This document shows positions 7,629 through 17,932 of a DNA stretch of 48,886 nucleotides, piece after piece. The stretch spans positions 1-48,886 of the forward strand of contig JBBQAX010000001.1 of NCBI GenBank assembly GCA_038316905.1, written 5' to 3'. The DNA is from Verrucomicrobiota bacterium. Its GTDB lineage: Bacteria; Verrucomicrobiota; Verrucomicrobiia; Limisphaerales; CANJXF01. A program made the position numbers and the translations under genes. The notes beneath the pieces were generated by a model. The model did no database searches. It saw only the letters and a list, made by a program, of their open reading frames with translations, and was not told where the DNA came from. The first letter of the stretch is position 1. Each line of letters starts with the position of its first letter.

Positions 7629-8465
7629 ATGAACACCAACGGCCTCAACACTGCCATCCAGTGGAAAGAAAAAGCAGTCAATTATCTCTTCGAACACGCC
7701 GGAGGAATTATCGCTGCCATATTTATTCTTGTTGCAGGGCTATTCATCGCGAGCTGGGTCGCAAAATTAATATTGCGTTCCCTCGAAAGGAGAAACCTGG
7801 AGCAGCCGCTACGGATGCTGATTAGCCGGGTCATCCGCATCGTCATAATGGCATTCGCGTTGTTCGTTGCGCTCGCAACCTGCGGCGTCAATCTTCTTCC
7901 GCTGGTCGCTGGTATTGGCGCAGTCGGCGTGGGCGTTGGATTGGCGATGCAAGGCGTGTTGGGTAATCTAGTCGCCGGGTTGATGATTATTTTCACAAAG
8001 CCATTTCGCATCGGCGAATATATCGACCTGCTGGGCGAAGAAGGCGTGGTGACGCAAATCGAACTTTTTGTCACGACCCTGGTGCATCCCGATCGTTCGC
8101 GCGTCATCATACCAAATCGCAAAATTGTTGGAGAAATTTTGCACAATTATGGAACCATCCGGCAGCTTAACCTTGAAGTAAACGTCGCGTACTCGACGGA
8201 CCTGGCCAAAGCGCAAGCCGCTGTGCGCGAAGTGTTGGCCGAAAATTCGCGCGTGTTGAATGACCCGGTGGCGTACGTGGGTGTGACGATGCTGTCCGAT
8301 TCCTCAATCCTCATCTCGGTGAAACCGTGGACGAATGTGACCGACTTTGGCATGGCTCGAATCGAATTGAATCAATCCATTGTGGAAAAATTCAGGGTCA
8401 AAGAGATTTCGATTCCATTTCCACAACGCGAAATTCGCGTGCTCAATCAACCCAACGCTGCGTAA
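7629..8465 (+). CDS. mscS: mechanosensitive ion channel family protein (MscS type)
   Basis: Three N-terminal TM helices, then the MscS core 'GVLGNLVAGLMIIFTKPFRIGEYIDLLGEEGVVTQIELFVTTLVHPDRSRVIIPNRKI'. Confidence 0.85.
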   Translation: MNTNGLNTAIQWKEKAVNYLFEHAGGIIAAIFILVAGLFIASWVAKLILRSLERRNLEQPLRMLISRVIRIVIMAFALFVALATCGVNLLPLVAGIGAVGVGVGLAMQGVLGNLVAGLMIIFTKPFRIGEYIDLLGEEGVVTQIELFVTTLVHPDRSRVIIPNRKIVGEILHNYGTIRQLNLEVNVAYSTDLAKAQAAVREVLAENSRVLNDPVAYVGVTMLSDSSILISVKPWTNVTDFGMARIELNQSIVEKFRVKEISIPFPQREIRVLNQPNAA

Positions 8466-8471
8466 CCAATT

Positions 8472-9551
8472 ATGATGCCAATCACGCATTCTTCACGTCG
8501 CGCATTTGTCAAAACGGTCGCCCTCGCCGGGGCCGCAGCGGTGTTTTCTGAAAAGCTGTTCGCACAAGAAAATCCGCCGCCGCGCAAAATCAAACTTGGC
8601 CTCGATAACTTCGCCGTGCGCGCGATGAAGTGGAACGCGTCGCAACTGATCGACTACGCCGCGTCGCTGAAAACGGAATCCCTTTTCATCAGCGATTTGG
8701 ATGCGTTTGAAAATTTGGAGAATGCGTATCTGGAAAACTTGCGGAAAACAGCGGCGGATAAAGGTCTGCAAATCCACGTCGGCACCTGGAGCATTTGCCC
8801 GACTTCCAAATCGTTCAGGAACAATCGCGGGACGGCGGAGGAGCATCTGGCTCTTGGAATTCGAGTTGCGAAAGCGCTCGGTTCGCCAGTCATTCGTGTG
8901 ACTCTTGGAAATGGAGACGATCGCAAAACGGACGGCGGGATCGAGGCGCGAATCGCTGACACTGTGAAAGTTTGCAAAGCATGCCGCGGCCAGGCCATTG
9001 ACGCCAATGTGAAGGTCGCGGTGGAGAATCATGCGGGCGATCTGCAATCGCATGAACTTGTGACGCTGATTAAAGCGGCGGGAAAAGATTTTGTCGGTGC
9101 CAATATGGATTCTGGAAACGCGGTCTGGACGATGGAAGATCCACTGGAAAGTTTGCAAACGCTTGCCCCTTATGTCGTGACCACAAGCCTGAGAGATTCA
9201 GCCATTTGGGAGTCGGACAACGGCGCAACCGTTCAATGGACCGCGATGGGCGAGGGGAATACGGATTTGAAAGCCTATTTCAAACGCTTCGCGGAGTTAT
9301 GTCCCGGCGTTCCTGTTCACATCGAAACGATTTCCGGTTTCAACCGCGAGATTCCGTATCTCAAAGACGATTTTTGGAAAGTTTGGCCGAATGCGAAAGC
9401 TTCGGATTTCGCGAAATTTCTCGCGCTCGCTAAAAAAGGAAAAGCCCGCGAACCACATAAATCCGCCAACCAGGAAGCCGAGCAGGAATATCAAAAGGGC
9501 GAAATTGAGCGAAGCATCAAATACTGCAAAGAAGTTCTGGGATTGGGCTAG
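8472..9551 (+). CDS. sugar phosphate isomerase/epimerase (xylose-isomerase-like TIM barrel), Tat signal
   Basis: Tat motif 'SSRRAFVKTVALAGAAAVF'. 'VKVAVENHAGD' and the overall pattern are typical of the AP_endonuc_2/TIM-barrel family. Confidence 0.7.
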   Translation: MMPITHSSRRAFVKTVALAGAAAVFSEKLFAQENPPPRKIKLGLDNFAVRAMKWNASQLIDYAASLKTESLFISDLDAFENLENAYLENLRKTAADKGLQIHVGTWSICPTSKSFRNNRGTAEEHLALGIRVAKALGSPVIRVTLGNGDDRKTDGGIEARIADTVKVCKACRGQAIDANVKVAVENHAGDLQSHELVTLIKAAGKDFVGANMDSGNAVWTMEDPLESLQTLAPYVVTTSLRDSAIWESDNGATVQWTAMGEGNTDLKAYFKRFAELCPGVPVHIETISGFNREIPYLKDDFWKVWPNAKASDFAKFLALAKKGKAREPHKSANQEAEQEYQKGEIERSIKYCKEVLGLG

Positions 9552-9580
9552 TTCGCCAGAGTTTTCTTACGGTACAAAAT

Positions 9581-9622
9581 AAAAAATGCCGGAATGGAGT
9601 TACCCATTCCGGCTTTGTTTTT
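9581..9622. terminator. bidirectional rho-independent terminator between convergent genes
   Basis: Stem gccggaatgg(9588-9597)/ccattccggc(9604-9613) with a 6-nt loop. AAAAAA lies upstream (9581-9586) and TTTGTTTTT downstream (9614-9622). Confidence 0.8.
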
Positions 9623-9632
9623 CTGACTCGAA

Positions 9633-9809
9633 TTATTTGACGGCGTCTTTGGCTTTTTCGCCGGCGTCTTTCACTGCTTCGCCGGTTTCTTTCGCTGCGT
9701 CATCAATTGCTTCGCCCGTCTTTTCCATCGGGCCTTTTTCTTTGCAGCCGATCACGGAAACTCCGCCGATCAGAACAGCAACCAACAGGGCATATTTTAG
9801 TAATTTCAT
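9633..9809 (-). CDS. small secreted lipoprotein (58 aa)
   Basis: Signal peptide with lipobox 'MKLLKYALLVAVLIGGVSVIGC'. The mature part is Lys/Glu/Ala-rich: 'KTGEAIDDAAKETGEAVKDAGEKAKDAVK'. Start set at ATG 9809. Confidence 0.6.
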   Translation of the reverse strand: MKLLKYALLVAVLIGGVSVIGCKEKGPMEKTGEAIDDAAKETGEAVKDAGEKAKDAVK

Positions 9810-9937
9810 ATTGTTTGTATTTAAGGTGCGTGTAACCAACTACGTTTTCGCGGGTTCGGCAATGATTTTGTTCAAACTTACCTCCCTGTTTCGGCAGCGT
9901 TTCCAAGTGTGAGAATATAAGAAACGGTCACCTCAAA

Positions 9938-10261
9938 TTAACTCTGAGGCGAGCTCAGCTTGAGGCCGACAATGCCGGCAACAATCAACGCAATGCAAAC
10001 GAGGCGCATGGCGTTTCGCGGTTCATCAAATACGAAAATGCCGATCAGCACAGTTCCAACCGCGCCGATGCCTGTCCAAACGGCGTAAGCAGTGCCGATC
10101 GGCAGAGAACGAAGCGCAAGCGAAAGGAAAATAAAACTGACGATCATAAGCGCGACCGTCGCCACGCTGGGCCAGAGCCGAGTCCAGCCATTGGTTTGTT
10201 TAAGACCAATCGCCCACGCGATTTCGAAAACCCCTGCCAAAACTAGATAGAACCAGGACAT
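9938..10261 (-). CDS. sugE: SMR-family guanidinium/quaternary ammonium exporter SugE (Gdx)
   Basis: 'MSWFYLVLAGVFEIAWAIGLKQTNGW...LPIGTAYAVWTGIGAVGTVLIGIFVFDEP...IVGLKL' is near-collinear with E. coli SugE (from memory). Four TM helices, conserved Glu in TM1. Start at ATG 10261. Confidence 0.9.
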   Translation of the reverse strand: MSWFYLVLAGVFEIAWAIGLKQTNGWTRLWPSVATVALMIVSFIFLSLALRSLPIGTAYAVWTGIGAVGTVLIGIFVFDEPRNAMRLVCIALIVAGIVGLKLSSPQS

Positions 10262-10355
10262 ATTTTGAAACGAAAATATTAAAGCCGCGGGTATTTGTGG
10301 AACGCACGTCGTCCTTCTTTCTGCGGCGTGTCTCACTCTAAAAGGTGAAGGGTAT

Positions 10356-11444
10356 GTGTCAAGAAACGCAGCGTTTTTAGGCGTGTTTGTTTTGGTTAAA
10401 AACTTGTTTCACGTCGATGCGGCTGCTTTATTGGGCGAGCTTTTCATCGTGAACGTTATTGACCCAACCAAATCTGCGAACCGCGCTCAAAGTCGTCGAA
10501 AAACCAAAGCGTTTTCCGAGATTGAAGTCTGGCGTGCCATCGGCGCTGGTTGGAAACAATTGCACGGAAATTTCCGCGAGTCCGGCGTTAGTTTTGAATG
10601 GCACGAATTCACTACGGACGAACCGCTGGACTGGGCTGAGAGTTTTCATCCGGGAAGCCTGGAAATCTGTTTCAACCTCTCAGGTTGCGGAAGTGTCTCA
10701 TGCGGTTCATCCCGTGCCGAATACACGCCGTTGACGGCAGGCTTTTACAGTCGCGGCAGTGGTGCAATGGAAGCCGTGCGAAATGCCAACGAACAACATC
10801 ACTTTCTCACGATTGAATTTGCGCCCGAATTTCTGCGCCAACATTTGAGCGGTAAACTGGATTTCCTGCATCCGCTGGTGAAAGGAATTGTCTCAGGTGA
10901 AAAACCAATTTCGGGTGTGACCTCAGCCGCCCGTTTAACAAGTCGCCAGCGGGATCTGATTTTCGGTTTGTGCGAACCGCCGGTGATTCAGGCAGCGCAA
11001 TCGATTTGGTATCAGAGTCGGGCTTTGGAGTTGATGGCGGAATTCTTCTTTCAGTCACCAAAAAAGGAGTTGTTTTGCGTCCGACAAAATCAGGTTTCTC
11101 GTGAGCGGGTTGATCGGGTTATCAAAATTTTGCAGGATAAATTATCGGAGCCACCGTCGTTGGAAGAAATCGGGCGCGAAGTGGGATGCAGCCCGTTTTA
11201 TTTGAGCCGCACTTTTTCCAAGGAAATGGGGCTGACGATTCCGCAATATCTCCGACAAATTCGGATGGAAAAAGCGGCGGCGCTGTTGAAGTCAGGAAAA
11301 TTCAACGTAACGGAAGTGGCGATGGAAGTGGGTTACTCAAGCCTGAGTCATTTCAGCACGGCATTTCACCAGACTTTTGGATGTTGTCCCGGTTTGTATC
11401 CGCTGGCTCCCAATCACAGCGGAGTCGGAAAACTCCAGAAATAG
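10356..11444 (+). CDS. AraC family transcriptional regulator
   Basis: C-terminal dual HTH 'LEEIGREVGCSPFYLSRTFSKEMG...VTEVAMEVGYSSLSHFSTAFHQTFGCCPGLY'. The ORF opens at GTG 10356 with no in-frame ATG nearby. The true start is uncertain; TTG 10431 and GTG 10449 are in frame. Confidence 0.85.
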   Translation: MSRNAAFLGVFVLVKNLFHVDAAALLGELFIVNVIDPTKSANRAQSRRKTKAFSEIEVWRAIGAGWKQLHGNFRESGVSFEWHEFTTDEPLDWAESFHPGSLEICFNLSGCGSVSCGSSRAEYTPLTAGFYSRGSGAMEAVRNANEQHHFLTIEFAPEFLRQHLSGKLDFLHPLVKGIVSGEKPISGVTSAARLTSRQRDLIFGLCEPPVIQAAQSIWYQSRALELMAEFFFQSPKKELFCVRQNQVSRERVDRVIKILQDKLSEPPSLEEIGREVGCSPFYLSRTFSKEMGLTIPQYLRQIRMEKAAALLKSGKFNVTEVAMEVGYSSLSHFSTAFHQTFGCCPGLYPLAPNHSGVGKLQK

Positions 11445-11942
11445 TTACTTGTTGGTTGAAGCGGCCCGGGCTCGCAATGCGTTCAAATCGTTAACAACCG
11501 TGTTGTAATTCGACCCGAGCTGATTGTATTTCACCACCGCTGCATTTAGGTCGTCCGCCAGTTTTTGAATTTCCGCATTACTTTCCGCTAAGCGTTTATC
11601 CCGTGCTGCCACCGCGTTGGTCCATTGGGCTAAACTATTCTTCAATCCATCCCGTTCGACTGTGAGAGCGTCTATCTTCGTTTCGTGTCCCAAAGATTTG
11701 TCGGTCTGCTCTTTCAGGTTCACGGTGGCGCGAGCCAATTGTTCGCGAAACGTTTCTAAATCGTCGGCGGTTCCTTTCAGTTTCTTCGATTGCTCTTCGA
11801 TCTGAGTGGTTTGTGAAATCGACGTTTTTTCCAATTGGTTAACTTCGAGATTCAACCGCCGATTCATTTGCCACTGGAAAACGTACAACGCCGTCAGCGC
11901 GAGCACACCTAACAAATTCACGAATTGTAGCCAACGATTCAT
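11445..11942 (-). CDS. membrane-anchored coiled-coil protein, last gene of the TonB operon
   Basis: N-terminal TM 'LQFVNLLGVLALTALYVF', then ~140 aa of heptad-rich sequence. Its ATG (11940-11942) overlaps the exbD stop in an ATGA arrangement. Confidence 0.65.
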   Translation of the reverse strand: MNRWLQFVNLLGVLALTALYVFQWQMNRRLNLEVNQLEKTSISQTTQIEEQSKKLKGTADDLETFREQLARATVNLKEQTDKSLGHETKIDALTVERDGLKNSLAQWTNAVAARDKRLAESNAEIQKLADDLNAAVVKYNQLGSNYNTVVNDLNALRARAASTNK

Positions 11943-12379
11943 GGTTTAGCTGCGCCTGGGTTTTCAGGACGAATTTCAAACGCCACATTTTGAATTCCCG
12001 CAGCGCGAACCACGTCCAGCACGCGAACAATATCGCCGTGACGTGCATCGACATCGCCGCTGATGAAGACGCGTGGTTCCGCGTTCGTTTTTTGCAATCC
12101 AGCCAGCAGCAAAGCCAGTTCGTTATTCCCAACCGGCTTCGTGTCCATAAAAACCAGTCCCGCTTTATCGACGGAAATATTGACGAAATCCTTTTTGGAT
12201 TCGGCGGTTGCCGTCGTGGCGGTGGGCAGATTCACTTTCACACTTTTCATGTTCACCATGCTCAAACTCACGAGCATAAACGCCGCGAGCAGAAAAAACA
12301 TGATGTCGATCAACGGAATAATCTCGATGCGCGCTTCTGCACTTTCCGGCGGCAATTTTGATCCAAGTTTGACGGGCAT
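11939..12379 (-). CDS. exbD: biopolymer transporter ExbD/TolR
   Basis: 'IEIIPLIDIMFFLLAAFMLV' TM followed by the periplasmic domain 'RVFISGDVDARHGDIVRVLDVVRAAGI'. Start at ATG 12379, 7 nt after the exbB stop. Confidence 0.85.
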   Translation of the reverse strand: MPVKLGSKLPPESAEARIEIIPLIDIMFFLLAAFMLVSLSMVNMKSVKVNLPTATTATAESKKDFVNISVDKAGLVFMDTKPVGNNELALLLAGLQKTNAEPRVFISGDVDARHGDIVRVLDVVRAAGIQNVAFEIRPENPGAAKP

Positions 12380-12386
12380 AAAATCT

Positions 12387-13085
12387 TCAGAGTTTAAATG
12401 CGGTCGCTTCCGTTCCTTTTGCAACCGCACGTTGCCGGGAAAATTCTTCAAGGTCGTGGCCGTGATGTTTGGCGGAAATCACGAGTAGTTCGACGTGGTT
12501 GATCGTGCGTTCGAGTTGCGCGCGGAAACGGCTGAGTCGGCGATTAAAATAATTGTAGGGCAGCAAACAAAGTATCGCGATGCCCAGTCCGCACGCCGTC
12601 GCAATCAACGCTTCGGCAATGCCGCCGCTGACTTTTGTGGCGGCGAGTTGGGCGTCGCCGACAAAATTAAACGAGTGCATAATTCCGACGACGGTGCCGA
12701 GCAAACCGAGCAGCGGCGCGAGCGTGATGAGCGTGCCTAAAACCCATTGCAAACGTTCGCCATGTTCCAATTCGTCAGAGGCGCGCAATTGCATCGCGCC
12801 GAGCATGGAACTGTGCGCGTGAATCAAACCTTCGTGGACGGTTTTGAGAAATGGATCGTCGGTGTTGGCGGTTAGTTTTACTGCGTTTTCGAAATTCCCA
12901 GAAGCAATCGCGTCGAAACTTTCGTTGAGTTCGGCAGATTGAGTGCGGCGTTGCAGGCTGAACCACCAGAGCGAACGTTCGGTGACAACGACGAGCGCGC
13001 CGAGCAAAGCCACGAGAATGGGCCACATGATCGGGCCACCACGCACAAAATAATCGACCACGATATTTGCGAAAATTGGAGTCAT
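12387..13085 (-). CDS. exbB: MotA/TolQ/ExbB proton-channel protein
   Basis: '[19 protein letters not shown]', '[24 protein letters not shown]' and '[18 protein letters not shown]' match the TolQ/ExbB family. Confidence 0.85.
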   Translation of the reverse strand: MTPIFANIVVDYFVRGGPIMWPILVALLGALVVVTERSLWWFSLQRRTQSAELNESFDAIASGNFENAVKLTANTDDPFLKTVHEGLIHAHSSMLGAMQLRASDELEHGERLQWVLGTLITLAPLLGLLGTVVGIMHSFNFVGDAQLAATKVSGGIAEALIATACGLGIAILCLLPYNYFNRRLSRFRAQLERTINHVELLVISAKHHGHDLEEFSRQRAVAKGTEATAFKL

Positions 13086-13112
13086 AAAATTAAACTTATT
13101 TTATTAAGGACC

Positions 13113-13214
13113 GCGGGCTTAAGCCCGCTTCACTGCGACCGTAGCCGCGCTCGCTAGAGGGTGGCGTTGTTAAATCTGAATCGAAAACCACGCTCTAGCG
13201 AGCGCGGCTACGGT
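13113..13214. repeat. intra-operon palindromic element: 16-nt perfect palindrome plus 22-bp perfect inverted repeat
   Basis: Palindrome gcgggcttaagcccgc (13113-13128). Inverted repeat accgtagccgcgctcgctagag (13138-13159) / ctctagcgagcgcggctacggt (13193-13214), with a 33-nt loop. Lies between the tonB stop and the exbB start. Confidence 0.8.
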
Positions 13215-13215
13215 T

Positions 13216-13908
13216 TTAATCTCTCATCTGAAAACGTATCGCCACTTCATACAGACGCAAACTGCCCGACGCAAATCGCCAGCGTTCCCGCACGGCGCGC
13301 ACGGCGGATTCATTCAGCAACGTCCACGGCGACGGCGATGCGGTTTCGGCGGAAAGCACGCGGCCATTTTCGCCGACGGTAAATCGCACGAGGACCACGC
13401 CTTCCTGTCCTTCGCGTCGCGCGCGCGCGGGATATTCCGGCGCAGGTTGTTTTCCTTCGCCCTGACCGAACGTCAAAGTTTGAGCGGGCACGGCGGGAGC
13501 GGCGGTCGTTTGCTCAACTGGTTTTGACGCGCTTGCCGATTTTACATCCACAATTCTCGCGGGCGCTTCGACCGGCACAGCAAACGCGACAGCGGGCGAC
13601 GGTTCGGCGACGGCAATCATCGGCGGCGCTTTCGGAATTTCCAACGGTTTTATGGCGGACGGTTGCGGCACGATTGCGGTTTGAGGAATTATTTCAGGAG
13701 GAATTGGCGCATCGGTCAGTTCGACTTTGATCAACTCGGCTTGCGTCGTCGGCGGCGCGACTACCGGAATTTTCGGGCGCATGTAGGGAAAAACAAATCC
13801 CACCGCGCCGATGACGAGACAAAGAATCCAGAGAACCAGCGTCAACAAAGCGCCCAACGATGGCGAACGATTTGTCTCCAAATCAGAATGAGGGATCGCG
13901 CGCGTCAT
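13216..13908 (-). CDS. tonB: energy transducer TonB
   Basis: N-terminal TM 'LGALLTLVLWILCLVIGAVGFVF', Pro-rich spacer, C-terminal TonB_C 'EYPARARREGQEGVVLVRFTVGENGRVLSAE'. Start taken at ATG 13908; the ORF is open to 13983. Confidence 0.85.
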   Translation of the reverse strand: MTRAIPHSDLETNRSPSLGALLTLVLWILCLVIGAVGFVFPYMRPKIPVVAPPTTQAELIKVELTDAPIPPEIIPQTAIVPQPSAIKPLEIPKAPPMIAVAEPSPAVAFAVPVEAPARIVDVKSASASKPVEQTTAAPAVPAQTLTFGQGEGKQPAPEYPARARREGQEGVVLVRFTVGENGRVLSAETASPSPWTLLNESAVRAVRERWRFASGSLRLYEVAIRFQMRD

Positions 13909-14129
13909 AAATTTATCGCTAAAACTCCTAGCAACCGAGGTGACGAGGCTCAAATATTTCAGTTCCCCTCGGGATAGCGGCAAAAAATTAGAGACCCGTC
14001 ACCTCGGCTGCTACTTTTAAAACAGGCTGAGTGAAATTACACGACAACCGAGTCCTCTGCTCTCGTCGAATTGCTAAATACTATTGTTCACTTGCACTCG
14101 ATTCAAACGGGTGTTGAGTTCCCTCGTCC

Positions 14130-16343
14130 TTAATAGGCAAACGACAAGCCCGCGTAAAAATTTCTGCCATTGGCCGGATCGATGCCGTTGCTGCGAACGC
14201 GGGAATAATAATCTTCATCGAAAATATTATTGATCCCGGCGATGACGCTCACCATTTCTTTGTAAACTTTCACTTCCGCCGTCAAATCCCAAACCACGTA
14301 GGAGGGAATGCGAAAGTTCGCGGAGTTCGCGTCGTCCGCAAAATGGCTTCCGACGAACGTGCCGAGCATCGCTATTTTGACGCGATTGCCCCAGCGATAA
14401 ATTCCGCCTGCGCGCACCAGATAATCCGGCGCGTATTGCGGAGTGTTTCCCTCGACTGGTCCGGAAATAAATTCGGCATCAAGGAGTTCTATATTTCCGT
14501 AAAGGTTGAACGAACTGATTCTTTCGCCGTGTGTGGTGTTGGCCAGTTCGTCATAAAGACCGATCAAATTCAAATCCACCGCAGCGTCCAAACCTTTGTT
14601 AATGGAATGACCGACATTTTGTAAATTGTTGCCGACGCGCCCGAAACGGTCTTGGTAATCGATTAGAAAAAGACTCGTATCAAACGTGAGCCAACTTTGC
14701 GGTGTGCCACGCACGCCGATTTCGTAAGTCCAGGTTTTGCTCGGATCGAGGCTGCTGCTGATGGTGTCGTTGACTCCAAGCGGAACGGCGTCGGTATAAG
14801 TTTTCGCTTTGTATCCCTGGGAAACATTTCCGTAGAGATCGATTTTTTCGGTCAAATCGTAATTCAAGCCCAAACCCACCAGGGGAACGACGTCCGTGTA
14901 GGAATCGTCCGATAAATTGGCTTTGGGTGTCGGAACTTCGCCGGTTCCAAGATTGAGTTTTTCTTCAATGCTCTGGTGAATGGTTTCCAATCGCACGGCA
15001 GGCGTAACACTCAAACGATTGAAGCTAAATTTATTTTCCACGAAAACTGAACCGGCGAGAGTGTCGCGCTGGGATTTTTGTCGAAGCGTTCCGTCCTCGG
15101 CGTCCGGGCTGTTTCCCCGGCGAACGGTGAACGGCGAATCAGAATAATACGTGCTGAATCCGCCCGCCAAAGTGTGTTCCTCGCCCCACGCCGACCAATC
15201 GTGACGCAATCGAACGTCGCTGCCCGCCGTGTAAAATTCCTGCAGTTGAATCACATTATTATCTGCGCTAGGCCCAGTGGGCAACGTGCCGAAACCTGTT
15301 CCTTGTTGCCGTTTGCTGAAGCGACCGTAGTAGCCGCCGTAAGCCGTCGCCGTCAGCAAAGTTTGATCGGAAAAATCATGCTCGAACGTCAACGACGGCA
15401 TGTAACGCTCGACGCGCACACGATCAAAGTGATTTTGGGTGGCGTCGCGATTCGCGTGGTAGTTGAGTCGGCCCGGCCCCGTCGCCAGCGTCAGCCCGCC
15501 CGGTTCGCCGCTGTCCGCGCTGAACGCGTCCATGTTGAAAATCCAGCGCGTTTCTTTTTGCGCGTCGAGAACGAGTTTGAAACTGCCGCCCAATGTTTCG
15601 AAATCGCCGTTGTCCTCGCGAAAACTATCGCCCGAACGACGACTGAAATAAGCGAGATAACCGAGCCGCCCCACCGTTCCATCAACCGCCGCATAAGTGG
15701 AAACCAGATTGTCCGAGCCAAAAATTTGTTTGGCGTTGACTGCCCATTCGCGATCGGTGCGCGGCATGTGCGTCACGTAATTCAACGCGCCCGCCGGTTG
15801 CGGCCCGTAAAGCAGGGACGCTCCACCGCGGAGAAATTCGAGGCGATCAACCGATTCAAAAGGCGGCGCATAGTAAACCGTTGGATAACCAAACAGATCG
15901 GCGACAAACGGAACGCCATCTTTTAAGACGAGGAGGTTCTGCGTTTCGTGCGGATCGCCGATGCCGCGCGAGCCGATACTCAGCAAACTTGGATTCGACA
16001 ATTCGCTGACCAACAAGCCGGGCGTTTGGGAAAGCGCCTGGCGATAATTATCCGTCTGGATTTGCGGCATCGCGTCGAAATCGATCACGGAAGTTTTTTT
16101 GCCGGAATAGATTTTCGTGCCGACGACTTCAGGGAGAAACGGCCCTTGAACTTTTTCCTCATAACCGGCTTCGCCTGTGACCACCATTTCAGGGAGACGA
16201 ATCGAAGTGTTGGTGGATGGCGTTTCCTGCGCTACGCCGCTGCCGGCAATTTGCAAAATAATAACGGCTGCCGCAGCCTGCATCACAAGGGGGCGGAAAA
16301 TTTGACGAACGTGGGCGAAGCCGGTGACTTTTAAACTTTTCAT
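14130..16343 (-). CDS. TonB-dependent outer-membrane receptor
   Basis: Signal peptide from ATG 16343 (MKSLKVTGF...). Plug motifs 'LSQTPGLLVSE', 'SIGSRGIG', 'VDRLEFLRGGASLLYGPQPAGALNYVT'. Long beta-barrel region ending with the terminal aromatic '...YAGLSFAY'. Confidence 0.9.
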   Translation of the reverse strand: MKSLKVTGFAHVRQIFRPLVMQAAAAVIILQIAGSGVAQETPSTNTSIRLPEMVVTGEAGYEEKVQGPFLPEVVGTKIYSGKKTSVIDFDAMPQIQTDNYRQALSQTPGLLVSELSNPSLLSIGSRGIGDPHETQNLLVLKDGVPFVADLFGYPTVYYAPPFESVDRLEFLRGGASLLYGPQPAGALNYVTHMPRTDREWAVNAKQIFGSDNLVSTYAAVDGTVGRLGYLAYFSRRSGDSFREDNGDFETLGGSFKLVLDAQKETRWIFNMDAFSADSGEPGGLTLATGPGRLNYHANRDATQNHFDRVRVERYMPSLTFEHDFSDQTLLTATAYGGYYGRFSKRQQGTGFGTLPTGPSADNNVIQLQEFYTAGSDVRLRHDWSAWGEEHTLAGGFSTYYSDSPFTVRRGNSPDAEDGTLRQKSQRDTLAGSVFVENKFSFNRLSVTPAVRLETIHQSIEEKLNLGTGEVPTPKANLSDDSYTDVVPLVGLGLNYDLTEKIDLYGNVSQGYKAKTYTDAVPLGVNDTISSSLDPSKTWTYEIGVRGTPQSWLTFDTSLFLIDYQDRFGRVGNNLQNVGHSINKGLDAAVDLNLIGLYDELANTTHGERISSFNLYGNIELLDAEFISGPVEGNTPQYAPDYLVRAGGIYRWGNRVKIAMLGTFVGSHFADDANSANFRIPSYVVWDLTAEVKVYKEMVSVIAGINNIFDEDYYSRVRSNGIDPANGRNFYAGLSFAY

Positions 16344-16513
16344 GTGGGCGCAGTCTATCGAACAAAAAAAAATCCGCTCTCGGCAGGTTGCTAAAGATTG
16401 TCGTTTGGTTGCGCTTTGACGAACGCTTGCGGAGTGACGCGCCCTACCTTCAATGCCAAAAGGTTTTTGCGCTTTTCTTTCAATCACTCAGCTTTACTCT
16501 CCGACGCGATTAA

Positions 16514-17929
<1,416 letters not shown>

Positions 17930-17932
17930 AAA

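Noticed and set aside
7550-7681. Longer start for the DHS-like gene. The same issue arises at 44366-44794 for the HEAT gene, 16344-16487 for the TBDR, 12380-12451 for exbD, 10262-10336 for sugE, 36808-36846 for murG and 40703-40816 for ftsA.
   Set aside because: The extensions overlap neighbouring genes or divergent starts and add non-homologous, Arg/Pro-rich residues ahead of obvious native N-termini (signal peptides, P-loops). Internal ATG starts were chosen instead.
10262-10355. Possible guanidine riboswitch in the sugE leader (a GGACGACGUGCG stretch, with GCCGC...GCGGC pairing).
   Set aside because: I could not reproduce the class I, II (two ACGR-loop hairpins) or III (pseudoknot with ACAAGACGG) consensus by eye. 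The resemblance is limited to about 12 nt. A covariance-model search is needed before any call.
16344-16513. Fur box or cobalamin riboswitch upstream of the TonB-dependent receptor. An 'ACCTGCC' heptamer on the minus strand resembles part of a B12 box.
   Set aside because: No GATAATGATAATCATTATC-like dyad was found. Only the 7-mer of the B12 box is present, without the rest of the box or the conserved GGTG/CCC stems. This is insufficient.
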